DNA from: Lingula anatina
Taxonomy: Eukaryota > Animalia > Brachiopoda
Assembly (NCBI GenBank): GCA_051362555.1
Contig: CM120645.1
Location: forward strand, 5,270,001-5,334,000
Direction of reading: 5' to 3'
Length of the DNA: 64,000 nt
Part shown: positions 1 to 12,643 of the stretch, piece by piece
Layout: the number at the start of each line of letters is the position of its first letter
How positions within the stretch are numbered: position 1 is the stretch's first letter
Position numbers and translations under genes: made by a program
Notes under the pieces: model-generated
Database searches by the model: none
The model's input: only the letters and a program-made list of their open reading frames with translations
Told to the model about the DNA's origin: nothing

Positions 1-372
1 TAAATACTTCACGATTACCTAGCTGCTTTATAAGTTTAACAGATCGATCACTTTTCCTTTTATAAAGTTATTTTGTGAAATGTGTGGTTATTATTAGTTA
101 CTGCACGAGTACATGCAATTTTCCTCAACCAGCCCAAGGCTCAATTTTCAGCAAATTTCAGCGACAGCTAAACTACTGACTGGCCTAAAGAGAAAAGCAA
201 AGGTCTAAGCGCAGTCAAGACCCTTACGCCGTCTTCAATGATACTACAACAGATAAAATGTCCTTGAAGTTGTACTGTATTGTAGTTGCACATGACATGT
301 GTTTTTCGTGTACTTCAACTTGTTAAACCATTGACTACATCTCGTTTCCTACTTAAACGCCCTTGTCATTAC

Positions 373-477
373 CTCCCCGTATGTTTTCCCTCTTTTCCAG
401 AACTTTAAAGGATTTTTGTGCACAGGCCTGCCAGCGAGTAAAGTGGCGTGCCGCAACATCCTCCTTGAGAGCTCCAT
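373..477 (-). CDS. Possible first coding exon of a gene divergent from ING3 (basic N-terminus, transit-peptide-like)
   Basis: Minus strand ATG at 477 opens MELSRRMLRHATLLAGRPVHKNPLKFWKRGKTYGE (35 codons), followed by a GAG|GTAATG donor. GC content is higher than the flanks. No in-frame next exon found in 1-372 and no family recognised. Confidence 0.3.
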
Positions 478-969
478 CGCTGTGCACAGGTGATTTATTT
501 ACCACCCCAGTCCATAACAGGATGTCGAATTTGCGCAAGTGCAAAAGGAAGTTGATAGTAGACTTGTGGTACCTTTTCTCATCTATTTTTGAACACTATA
601 AAATTGATAAAATTTTGACGCATTTCTTTTGTTTACATCTATAGCTATTTTAGATAATGATGTTAAACTGTTATATCCTTATTGGTGCCACATTTTCTAT
701 AAAAATCCTACATTTTTTGTGGGTAAAATTGCAAATGGAGGTATGCCGAAGCCGTCTTTGTTTGTTTTGACTTACATGATTGGATATCACCGAGTTCGGC
801 AACATCTGTTTTTTATCGTTTTTATTGAGTTTATACGTTAATCATAGTATTTAATACATTGCCCAAGTACTCAATACTTGCTCACAAACAAAGTGGGGTA
901 TTTTTGAAAATCTAAATTAAAAAATGTTTATCTAACCACTATACATTTTGATTTGAGAGCTGAAAACTT

Positions 970-980
970 GACCAATCAGC
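970..980 (+). promoter_or_regulatory. CCAAT (NF-Y-type) box upstream of ING3
   Basis: GACCAATCAGC about 75 nt upstream of the ING3 ATG matches the extended NF-Y consensus. Confidence 0.4.
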
Positions 981-1051
981 GTGAAGCATACATAATCATT
1001 CTGAAACAACTTTTTGTCCAAATTATTGGGTTGACATTGAGCTCCATCAAG

Positions 1052-4000
1052 ATGCTGTATTTAGAGGATTATTTGGAAAGTAAGTCAAGTTAAAACACTT
1101 TGAATATTTACATAAGTATCATTTCTGTGTCACCGAAATTTTTTTTCGTTGTCAAGAAATGTGAAATATTTTATTTTTAATTTTCAATTTCAGTGATTGA
1201 GAACCTCCCAATGGAAATGCGGGAAAGGTTCACGGACATGCGAGAGACAGATTTAGAAGTACAAAGTGAGTTTTCTAATGTTGCTGTTTAAGTAGTTATA
1301 AAGTTAACTTTTGGATTCATTGTGAACAATGAATTAATAAAATATGTGAAATTAAGAAGCAGTAACAAATTTATAACGTGTTTTTGTCTTCATTAGAAAT
1401 GTGTTCGTGTGGCGTCAGGTGGCGCCAAAATATGGTTTCATTTTCCTTTTTGGCGGATTATACCCCCACGGGCCCCACCTTTTATCATTGTGTGACGATC
1501 AGATTATTAAAATTAAATGCTTGAATAAGGAGCCTCCCCTTTAAACCATACACCATCACATGGCCATAAACTGTAGCCGATTATTCATATTTTGCAATTC
1601 AAACATGGTTATAAAATCCATTATTTATTATCGAGCTGTCTTTCCAAGAAGGATGTTCTCCACGTCATTCTTCTGCATACAAACGGTAATTCTAAATGTC
1701 TAACATAATTTGAAAAATACCGTTTGTTACTGAAGTTTTTACATTCATTATATTAGAAGGCCGTGGCTTCAATAATTTTCGTTCAGTCAGTAATCATGAA
1801 AAGTGGTTAGAATTAAAACAGGCAAGCTGAGGCATTTTAGTTGCAGAAGTAATAATTTGAATTTTTGATAAATAGACAGTGTATGAATTTAAACACATAT
1901 TACTAGTACTAGTAAGTGCATTAACCACTTATTTTTGAACCTTTTTAGAGATATTTAAGTAATACTTTTTGATTATAAATATAGTTTAATACCTTGAATT
2001 AATGTTATTAAAATTATGAGATTGGCCCCACCTGACGAACATTGCCACATGCCAATCATCTTGACATAGTTTTGTTATGATTTCATAAAATGAATTTGTA
2101 TGCAATAATGTTGCTTATCAGTAAACATCATTAAGATTAAAGAGAAAGAACTTTCTGAAGAAACTCATGAGTGTGCATTTTCAGATGCCATGGATAGTCT
2201 AGATGACAGAACAAAAACATTTTTCAAGAAGTGCCAACAACCCAATGTAAAACAAGACTGGAAAGATGAACAGTTTGATAAAATTAAGCAGGTATACTAA
2301 ATGATTGCTGAAAAACGTAAATATTATATGATTTTAGCACAATGCCACATAAAATGATATGTTGTAGTATGGTATTAATCCTAAGTTCACCAATTAAAGT
2401 GAATATTGTATAAAATAATACGTTTTTTTTTTTTTTTTTTAATTGACAATGTACCATACACAACTTCAAAATCTATTTTCCTATATGTTTATATGGTGTT
2501 TGTATTATTTGTATTCCATTCCAGGACTATATGAAGGCACTAGAAGGTGCTGATGATAAAGTCCAGTTAGCAAATCAAATTTATGACATGGTTTGTATCA
2601 TTTTAAATACAGTGTTTACATGTTCATATCTTAAAATCACAAAGATGCTAGGTTTTTTGTTAAAAAGGAACTAGTGCTTCGTGGACTGATAAATCCAGGA
2701 TATACATGTAAAAGGAACAGAGGGTAAAATTTTTATCCTGCCCCCCTTTTTTTTGGGGGGGGGGATAGAGGAATAAATTAGTCCCTTAATAACCTTGTTT
2801 CATTGTTGACAAAGCATTTTAGATTTTATATTTTTTTGTCCATCACAATTGATGTCCCACTGAGAAAGATAAATTTTTCTTTCCAGGTCGACAGACATTT
2901 ACGAAAACTAGATTTAGAACTTCAGAAATTTAAAATGGAACTTGAAGCAGACAATGCAGGAATTACAGAAATTTTAGAAAAACGTAAGGCATTTCTATAT
3001 CTTGGTCATGTTTGTTGACATTCTTGTAACAATTGATGACTGTAAAGCATAGCAGTTATCATGGTCTGCAAACAGACTATAATTTTAGTTGGTATAATAA
3101 CCAGTTTTTTTCTAAAGCTGAATTTTTTAAGTATTCTAGAAAATATTTATAGTAGTATATGCAGGGTATTATTCGAAGAATTCAGGCATGTTAGCTTAAA
3201 ACTTGGTAGTGTAAATTTTAATTTACTAAGATTAGTAGTAGTTGTGTCATTTCTTTTAGGTTCCTTGGAACTAGACAATCCCCCTGTGCACAATAACCAT
3301 AAAGCAGAAAGTAAGTAATAACGCCTCTACATTATGAAAGTAAGATTCTATATACTTATTAACTTCTTTCACAATTGAAAGTTTCTATTTTGTTGCAATT
3401 GATAAAAAGTAAGCATTCTATAAGGGTTAAAAACAATAAAAAGAATATGATTTATGACATGATGCTGATTTACATTCAATACAAGATTTTCATTTTTTCT
3501 GACATCTTCCCTCTAGAGCGAAAATACACGATGTCCAATGCCCTAGCGAGCCATTTAGACAAACGACAGACAACAGAGAGGGTACTGTCTTCATTAGCCC
3601 ATGAAGCTGCCAGGGAAACATTTAAGACAAATACCAGTTTATATAATACTGTAGGAGGTGGAGGATTAACTTTAGGTTGGTAAACATTGAGATGGCATGA
3701 CACCAATATAATAAATAGTAAACAGTTTGTACTTGTGTACATACAGTTTGTACTTGTGTACATACACTGCAGAACTATACATATTGACACAGGAGCCGGA
3801 GCTGTGTACAATTCTTGTTACCACAGTAGCCAGAAGCATTTCACTTGGATTATTCATTCTAATTTGCCAGTAAAATACTCGTCCTAATTTGCCAGTAAGT
3901 ACTAAGTGGGCATGATTATTTTCTTCCAATAAATTTGGCTTTGTTCTCTTCAGGTCAAGTCGGAGCACAAAGTAATGCAGCTATTGCGGCAGCAGCATCA

Positions 4001-5794
4001 CAAGCAATTGCAGCAACACAGCAGGTCTTTAAGGTAGATAAGAGGATGCCTTGTTTACTAACTTAAAGTTAAGCTTTAGTTATGCCCCAAAATATCTCAT
4101 CCACATGGGAAAATAGTTTTGAACATGACTTTTGGTTTCTCTTAAATCATGATGTTGAGAGAAATTATTGTCTTTTAGTGGAACTTATTTTTACCTTGAA
4201 ATAAGCAAGTGAGATTCCGTATCATAGATTGAAAGATAAAACAAACACATCCAATGGCTGATTTGTTGGAAAGCAAGTAAATGAGTTTAAAAACTTCATC
4301 AAGGGTCATAATTGTTCATCCACACTCCTTACCCATTTCAGATGCAGCAGGGCAGGAGAACAGGTAGTTTTAAAGCTAGTTACAATGTATTCAGTAACCC
4401 TCAGGTAGCCAAAGATTTCATCACAGCTGGGGCGGCCATAGAGGCTCCACTTACCCCAGAAAGTGGGAGGTCGCAACGAACTAAAAAGTAAGCTGTTCTT
4501 ACTATAAGGAATGTAATAGAGTGCCAACCAGTCGATTGACATGAAGGTTTTGTTTTTGTTAGTTTAAATGTCATAATTTTAACTCTTCACACTGATAAAT
4601 ATGCAGATTGATCATCTAAAATAGAATGTCCGAGATTGTAGTGAAACTTTGGGTTTGAAGTTATGTCTGAACTTATGAGGTAGTCAACCTTATAATCGGT
4701 AATCTTGATACAGCAGTAGAATCATATTGCAGGAATTCAGCAGATCAAGGATTACACAGAAAAGGTGTCACTTTAATCATGTGGCAGACTGTTTCTTTCA
4801 AAGTTACATGGGTATCAATATGCCGTCTGTTTGAGGTTTCCCTCTCGTTTAATGCAGAAAAGAAAATTTTAAAAAAATTAATTAGCATGCTTTGTACCTG
4901 TCATTTAGGAGAAAGAGAGGGCCCAGTTGTAATGTATATCATTTATGAATGTAGGCAAACCCAAAAAGCTGCAGCCTACCTACAGCAGCAGCAACAAAAA
5001 CAGAGTGGTGCCCAGCCAACTCCCACACAACCCTTATCAGCCCCCGCAACACCGCAGCCATCACCTGCAGCCTCTTTATCAACAGCAGCTACACCAGCAC
5101 CACCTACAACGGTGGAGGAAATGGTGACGGAGCCATTTTTGGACGAAAATGGCCAGCAAGGCGAGTGGTCGTACGATCCAAATGAACCTAGATACTGTGT
5201 ATGTAACCAGGTTTCCTATGGAGATATGGTTGGATGTGATAATCAAGATGTAAGTATTGTGTAATAAGGTGCTGTAGAATTCAACTGGTTTATTAAAAAT
5301 TTCAGTGGTCTCCAGAAATCTGTGTTTGAAATGGTTATTATTTATGGGTTTATCAGCAGTTCTTTGTTTCAACATGTAGGGTTTTATTTTTAATTGTGAA
5401 TGAAGGCAAAAATATACATTTGCAAGGCATATTCTATGAAAATATTCAAATGCTATTCTTAAAAATACAATCTTGAAATTTTAGTAAGCATAAAACTCAG
5501 ATAACCAACAAACTGAAACTAAATCAGAATGTGGAGCAGCCTGGGCAGGCCTGACAGTTCTTGTTGTTACGGGTATTCTTTTTGCCAGATTTGTCCTTTT
5601 CCTCCATTTACTCTTGAACTTTTTCCAGATATGCTCCTCTATGTCAAATCAAATTCATGTCACAATTTCCATCTTTCTTTCAGTGCCCAATAGAGTGGTT
5701 CCATTATGGTTGTGTGGGACTCACACAGGCGCCAAAAGGAAAGTGGTACTGTCCGCAGTGCACGTCAGCCATGAAGAGAAGAGGAAGGAGGTGA
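1052..5794 (+). CDS. ING3: Inhibitor of growth protein 3 (NuA4/Tip60 subunit, PHD finger), 400 aa, 11 coding exons
   Basis: Exons 1052-1079, 1194-1265, 2185-2291, 2525-2590, 2887-2983, 3260-3310, 3517-3675, 3954-4024, 4342-4487, 4955-5249, 5684-5794; all GT-AG; total 1203 nt in frame. Starts [27 protein letters not shown], contains [25 protein letters not shown] and [20 protein letters not shown], ends in [55 protein letters not shown]. Confidence 0.97.
1413..2037. mobile_element. Putative non-autonomous DNA transposon remnant in ING3 intron 2
   Basis: Inverted 16-mers CGTCAGGTGGCGCCAA (1413) and TTGGCCCCACCTGACG (ending 2037), one mismatch, enclose AT-rich non-coding DNA. No clear TSD. Confidence 0.4.
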
Positions 5795-5820
5795 TTATAT
5801 CTCTCGTCGTCATCACCCGG

Positions 5821-6170
5821 TTGGCATTAGAACTGCGTGTGGCAAAGAATTGTGACAAATAACTGTAGACAACTTGTAGAGCACTCATCTGTCTTTCTAG
5901 GCCACAGTTGTTTGATATGTGGCATAGAACTGTGGCAAATAAGACTTAAAGTTCTGCAGAGAGCGCAAGGCTACATGTGTTTGGTGTATGGCAAAGAACT
6001 GTGGCAATTAACAGTAGACTACTTGTAGAGCACTCATTTCTTCTCTCTTAAAGCAGTAGATGTGGCATAACGCAAGTTTAAGAGCACTTGTCTTGCTTTC
6101 TCTCTTGGTTATATTAATGCCATGTGTTAGTTAGCAATGTGTGCCAAATAACAATAGACTTCTTGAGCTT
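5821..6170 (+). repeat. Degenerate tandem repeat in the proximal ING3 3'UTR
   Basis: Recurring unit GTGGCA(A/T)AGAA(C/T)TGTG(G/A)CAAATAAC..TAGAC.ACTTGTAGAGCACTCAT near 5838 and 5988, with partial copies near 5919, 6062 and 6140. Confidence 0.7.
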
Positions 6171-8709
6171 TTGTCACTCTCTAGAGCAACAGCTATTTGC
6201 ACTCTTTTTAAATTAGAAATCTACTCATCTGGTCAAGGTAGAATTGTGTAGCAAAAAAGGAAGAAAAAAACATTGTTAATCTTGCAAGGGCTCACTCTAG
6301 AATTGTAAATTATTGCCAGTTGATTAACATATTTTAGTTTGGCCTAGAAAATGTTTATAAAGCTACTGTATTATCACCTTTTTACCTTAGAAATTTTGTT
6401 GTGACTAAAATCATCCAGATGTTTGACTGTGAGAAATTTTTTCCTGTAGTGAGCCCAGTATACCGTGTGAAATAGAAAAATCTACAGTTGAAAATAGATT
6501 GATGTGTACCACTGTCAGATTACTAATTTCACACCTTCACCTTGTATAACAAAACTACACATATAAAACAACATTAAGTAGATATCAGTCTCCTGCAGAT
6601 TTAAATTTCCTGTCATGCAAGACGGTAGAAATTTTTAGAAATGCTGTGTTGGATTAGAGATTTCTATATAGCGATAAAGACCATTGCAAGCCAATGAGCC
6701 TCTCGCATATTCAATGATTTTGGTATGGTAGAGGGATTTTGAGAGTTGGGTTTGACATTGAAAATTTGCAATTGTGGTGGTACACATAAATATTGAGTAT
6801 GCCTCACCAATTGGAAGCTTAATATGCAATGCTTTGGAAGCACAAAGATGAGAGAAAGGGAAAAAATTCTTGCAAGAATTCGCATGTGCACAAGTAACTC
6901 GCTATATCAGCTTTTTTTCTTCAAAATGTTTTAGATTAAGAGAATAAAACATCAGATCAGCTTTCATTCCTTTCATTTCAGTACTGGTGAAAAACAGACA
7001 TGAAGAAGCTATGTGTCCAGTTTTATTGCTATGAAATAGAGACATGTCTTTACATTCACCCAGCAAATTTGGCACAAAGTGCTTGTCACTTATTTCTTAT
7101 TATTCGTACAATGTGGGGGAAAAAAGGGTTGATGATACAGACTTTACGTGGTTTTGTTCTTTTAAATAAAAGAACAATACAAATATGGTGTTTTAGCTGA
7201 GAGTTTAATTATATAGGTCTCCAATTAAACTAGTCGCTAGATAATACAAGAAGAAAATGTTTCTGTTGTGCACAGAGCTCTGTGGTTTTGCCAATTACTA
7301 GTATATACTCCTTGTGTTAGTGTTGGTGAACTAAAATCATTAATTTGGCTTTAGCATATTTAATTAGTACATACAGGTAATTTGTTTAAATTCAATTTGC
7401 AAGTTTAGTTAGATAATGGTTAGATTAACAGATTTTTAACCAAGATTTGTAATCGGTAACATTATAAATTACTTATATTCAGAATTTATTTATCAGTTTC
7501 TTTATTATATTCAATTATTTATATTCATATTTCAATTACTGAAGAGCTGTTAAAAATTCTACTATTTCCATTACTGCACTGTATTGTCAAAGAGTGATCT
7601 ATTCATTTTATTGTGCTCTGTAAATTGTGTAAGACCATGCAAGAAACAGATTGATAGGCTCTTCCCAGTACCTTCATAAAAAGCCTGACTGAATCCTTTA
7701 AAATGCTAGCTGTGTTAGCTTATTACTAGTAATAATTTTAAGTAAAAGCAGTAAAGAAACAGATTGAACAATTTACAGTAGAAAGGAATTGGCAGCAGGG
7801 TGACACTCAGAAGTTAGTTGCCTGTGATATTAGAAGTATATACCCTGAGATTTCCACATATTTCTTTCTTTAAAGAACCCATAAATAAATGTGAAGTTTC
7901 AAAAATCTTACTTTCACACGAGTTGTTTTATTTATTTTATTGTTTGTGTTTGTTTTATCATGTTCTGTTTTATTATTGTTTTTTAATTAATTAATTATTT
8001 TTTTATTTTATCTTTTTATTGAAAATGTGACTGAATGGCCACCATTAATTAAATGTTTCCAGACTGAGTGCTCGATACACCTGACAATGAAGACTGGCTT
8101 TGTGAAAATTTTAAAGGGGCATTCTTACATCTTTCCAAATTTTTCACAGGTAGTTCATTTTAATGGTAACTATGAGTTCATAAATCCAAAGACTGATTAC
8201 CTTGGTGATGATTTACAAAATTGTTGAGAAAAAATGCTTACTAATTTCTGTTTCAAAGCCTTGTAAAATAACTTTTTTATTTCAAAAAACGGTCGGAGGT
8301 TAGGTAAATAACTTCAAATGTTACATAACTTTGAAAATTATAGTGCATGAAAGTTTTAATTTCATTTTGTTTGATCCATTCATTCTGCAAGCAAACAAAA
8401 ATATCAAACTGAGTTTTCGTCCTCCATGGACTAAAGAACTCTAAATCTTTAAAAATAATGACTGGTCCCTGTGTCTCACAGTTCGGCATCTTATTATATG
8501 GCAAGTAATAGGACATCCGGGTGTTTTGAGCTCGCATCGTGCGCTGCAAACAAAGAAGGGAGGGCTGCCATTTTTCTCGTCCGCCCTTTGTACAGGGAGA
8601 TTAAAGGACACCGATTGCTTGTCATCTAACCACCGAAAGGGAATTCGGGGGAGTGCTACTTGGCCACTTGTAGCAGGTCAGGTCTGATCAGTGGAGCGCA
8701 GCCTTCAAG

Positions 8710-11700
8710 ATGGAGAGCTTGAGACGGCCGTTCGATCCTGTTGCACACGAGCTGGATGCAAATTTCCGGCTTACTAAATATGCTGACCTGAAAGGATGAG
8801 GGTGTAAAGTCCCCCAAGAAGTTCTGCTCAAACTTCTTGAGGGACTCCAACAGGACAGCAGTGCACAGGATGCTGAACAGTCTCACTTCCAGTATGTGGC
8901 TCAAGTCCCACGCGTTGGTAAGTCAACCACATGGTCCCTGGCCGAACGATCGGTCCCCAGGCGGGGAACCAGCGGAACGGTCCAGGGTCCGATTTTGCTA
9001 AAGACCATAATTAAAGGTCAATTTTGGGCCAGTTTCATCAATTTTGTCAGAAATGTGTAAAATAAATGCTTCTTCGGATTAGAATTGGATCTTTTTGCTG
9101 TTTTGGAGGGTGTATTGTCTGAAGGAAATTTTTCCTTTCTGAGCTCTCGAAGACAAAATGGCGCCGATTTGTTGATTACCGGCTTAATTCACCCACGTGG
9201 GTTGCCCACGTGGTTTGGGTCAAAGTACATTCTAGTGGCACGAGTTGTTGTATGCGAATAAACCAAAATATCTTTTTACAACCATGCTGCATGAATTGGT
9301 TAGAGAATTTAACGTTCATTATTTTAACTGGGAAGCTTATCTCTTGTCTGCCACAACAATGTGATTATCGAAAAGCATGGAACGCATTGAAATGAAGTAT
9401 AATATTTCAATCAAAACACCTTGAGCCTAAGAAATCCTTTGGGGGGGGGGGGGTGGAGAAGGTATTTTATTTCGTCAAAAAGGAGGAGAATATCACCCCT
9501 ATAAGTCTTTTAATTGGGTCAGAATTTTAATGAAGCAGAAATGTTTGCTTAAAAATAAACTAGGTTTAGTCTAAGCTATATCCTTCGTACTTCTGAATGA
9601 TGTTTTTATCATTTTATTTATGCAAGAGAACTCAGTTCAATTTTTATGTTTAAAAAATGATGACTGGCACTTTCTCAGTTCTTGTTGTCATGATTTCTTA
9701 TCTATTGCTCATATTGTCATTATTTCTTCTTTGTTTTGTAGGAATTGGGATGGATGCCTGCGTTACTCCACTGCGGCACGGTGGCCTGTCATTGGTCCAG
9801 ACAACTGATTTCTTTTATCCATTGGTTGATGACCCTTACATGATGGTAGAGTCTCATAGGACATCACAACCACCAGATGTTATCATGCTGATTAAGCACA
9901 GAGGATCATTTAAATTATAAAAAAAAAAAATCAATGTGTTTCCTAATTGATTTTCTGCAATTGTATTACCTTTTTATGATTTTCTCAATCATGCTCCTTC
10001 TTCCCCCACCTCTGCTCCACTTTTTAGAAAATATAAATAAACATTCATATCATTGATTGAATACTTTTCTAAAAATTAACAAACCAAGAATTTTTCATCA
10101 GTGAAGTAATGTAACATAAGTATGGTTCATTACTTTGTTGTGAGCCTTTCCTTCCTGTAAATGTAGCTGTATTTAACAATTATCCTGTGATTTGTAAGAT
10201 TAAACACCATTTCTATTTGACAATAAATCAAGTGATATGAAAAGTTTCCTTTGATTTACGCAAGCTTTGCTTATGAATAAGTTGAAATTTATATTTATAA
10301 CCTGAAGAAGTATTTTATCAACATAAAATAAAACAAAATAAGATTTTACATGAGAAGATTACATCATATGTTTAAGTTAATGAAAATGAATATCTATACA
10401 AGTAGGAAAATTGTGTTTTTTCAAGGTTTTCAGGTAAAATGCAAGTATAAGTATTTGAAAGTTGTTTTAATTGGTATCGTCAACTTTCCTCTTTTCCCAG
10501 GGCAGGATTGCTTGTGCTAATGTGTTGAGTGACCTGTACGCCATGGGAGTGACAGAATGTGACAACATGCTGGCGCTGCTGGCCGTTAGCAACAAGATGG
10601 GAGACAAGGAGAGAGATGTTGTGGTTCCACTGATGTTGACAGGGTTCAAGGTAGACAACTGGTTTTATGTTGTTTTTCAGGGTGCATGGGTCTGTTTCAC
10701 AAAAGAGCTCCAGCCAGGAAGTAGGTCTTTTGCAGCTACAGATGACTAGATGTTGACTTCTTTTGTTTACTGGAGAGGTTACTGTCAAATATGTTCTGTG
10801 ATGTTGATGCACATACAGAATATTTGTTCAGACTAAAAAGCTGTAAATAATTTGGCTACAAGAATTTATCGTTCAGTTTTCCTTACCACCGTTCTTGTTC
10901 ATATGTCTTTTAACAGGATTTTAGAAGTCTGTTTTATGCACACTGTATGTGTCTTCTGATATTTCAGGATCTGGCAGAAGAGGCAAACACACAGGTGACC
11001 GGTGGTCAGACAGTGATAAACCCATGGATGACCATTGGTGGAGTGGCTACCACTGTCTGCCAGCCTAATGAATTCATCATGTAAGTAAATGGTGAACTTA
11101 CAACTGCTGTCACATCTGTCACATTGATTGAGGTACTCGCAAATCGAGATTTGAAGCAGCATGTTAATTTCTACTTGTTAGTTGGCTTTGAATACAGATC
11201 TTATTAAGCAGTGAGTCCTAGATAGTTAGAAATGTTGGTCGAAACTCGAAAGAGTCAACTCATAGGCACTGGATACTATTTCTAGCTGTATGACCAAAGA
11301 TCAGGTGACCAGTCCATCCAGCTCGTTCACCTAGTGAAAGGTCGCAGGTTGAGACCACAATGTTGGTCAGTTGCTAAATGTAAGTTCCAGTATCAGAGTT
11401 GTTCATATTTATCATTGTTGTTGTACATATCGATGCGGTTATTTTAGGCCAGACAACGCTGTCATTGGTGATGTCCTAGTACTGACCAAGCCCCTAGGGA
11501 CCCAAGTGGCGGTCAATGCCTACCAGTGGCTTGACCAGCCCGAGAGATGGAACAGGATTAAGCTGGTGGTCAGCGAGGAGGACGTGAAGAAGGCTTACCA
11601 ACGTGCAATGTTCAGTATGGCCAGGCTAAACAGGACAGGTGAGCGATTGGAATTTAGGCAAGTGTAATTGAGTTCTAGGGTTGATTAGTACAGTAAGACG

Positions 11701-12643
11701 TTTTAGTTTGGATACTTGCACTGTCTTGTTTGGCCAAATTGAACGGTACAGGTGAGTTCAGTTGTAATCGAGACAGACATTTGACTGAGAATCGGATGTT
11801 ATTTTCTCTCACAGCTGCAAGACTAATGCACAAGTACAACGCGCATGGCGCCACGGATGTCACGGGATTCGGTCTCCTTGGGCACGCGAGCAACCTGGCA
11901 CGCATTCAGAAGAACGAGGTCGGGTTCGTCATACATAACCTTCCCATCATTGCCAAGATGGCGGCCGTCAGCAAGGCGTGCGGTAATATGTTTGGACTTT
12001 TGCAAGGACAGTCGGCTGAAACATCAGGTACGGACTTTTTTAAATAAATATTAACAAAATACAAATGCAGTTACACACGGATACTTATGTGACAAAAACA
12101 TGTACTTGAAAAGATATAAAATCTCCTGTACAGAATATTTTGATTGCGTTGTGCTTGGTGACCAAAAAGTCTTGGTACATTAATTTTGCAAAATTCATAT
12201 TTAATACTTTGAAATTTTAAGCAGGGTCGAACTTAAGTACACTGAGAGGTTGGTGAATCCTGTCATTTTTGTAGTAAAGACAAGAAATGCACTCGAAATA
12301 ATCTGCTCCCAGAGTTACTACGTACCTTGGGCTTTTTTCGTCCCAAATGTTCCCATATTCTGAGCTATTGAATGTTCCAATTTTAGTGGCATTTGACATT
12401 CTTTCCTTTGATTGAGTTATCTGCCTCGAATCATTTTTACCATTACTTCATGTTTCAGGTGGCTTGCTAATCACGTTACCCAGAGAGCAAGCGGCAGCAT
12501 TTTGTAAAGACATTGAAAAACAGGAAGGTTATCAGGCCTGGATCATAGGGATTGTCGAGAAAGGAAATCGTTCTGCAAGAATCATTGACAAGCCAAGAGT
12601 TATTGAAGTACCAGCGAAAGAAAAGGAGGGAGAGTTGTGGTAG
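8710..12643 (+). CDS. SEPHS2: Selenophosphate synthetase 2 (selenide, water dikinase), selenoprotein with Sec at codon 30; 387 aa, 7 exons
   Basis: Exons 8710-8917, 9742-9845, 10501-10650, 10968-11080, 11448-11638, 11815-12027, 12459-12643 (1164 nt). Exon 1 reads [32 protein letters not shown](8797-8799)-GCKVPQEVL; TGA lies at the Sec position of the KGUGCK motif. Also [49 protein letters not shown] and ETSGGLL motifs. A SECIS is present in the 3'UTR. Confidence 0.96.
8797..8846 (+). promoter_or_regulatory. UGA recoding cassette: TGA + GGGTGT hexanucleotide + SRE stem-loop
   Basis: After an 8-nt spacer, AGTCCC-C-CAAGAAGTT (8808-8823) pairs with AACTTCTTG-A-GGGACT (8831-8846): 15 Watson-Crick pairs, one C/A mismatch, 7-nt loop. 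Matches the Sec redefinition element known from metazoan SPS genes. Confidence 0.85.

Noticed and set aside
8797-8799. Premature stop / pseudogene interpretation of the SPS gene
   Set aside because: The TGA is at the Sec position, the rest of the frame is intact, and both SRE and SECIS are present.
8656-8904. Minus-strand 82-aa ORF in the track
   Set aside because: Antisense shadow of SPS2 exon 1; no recognisable motif.
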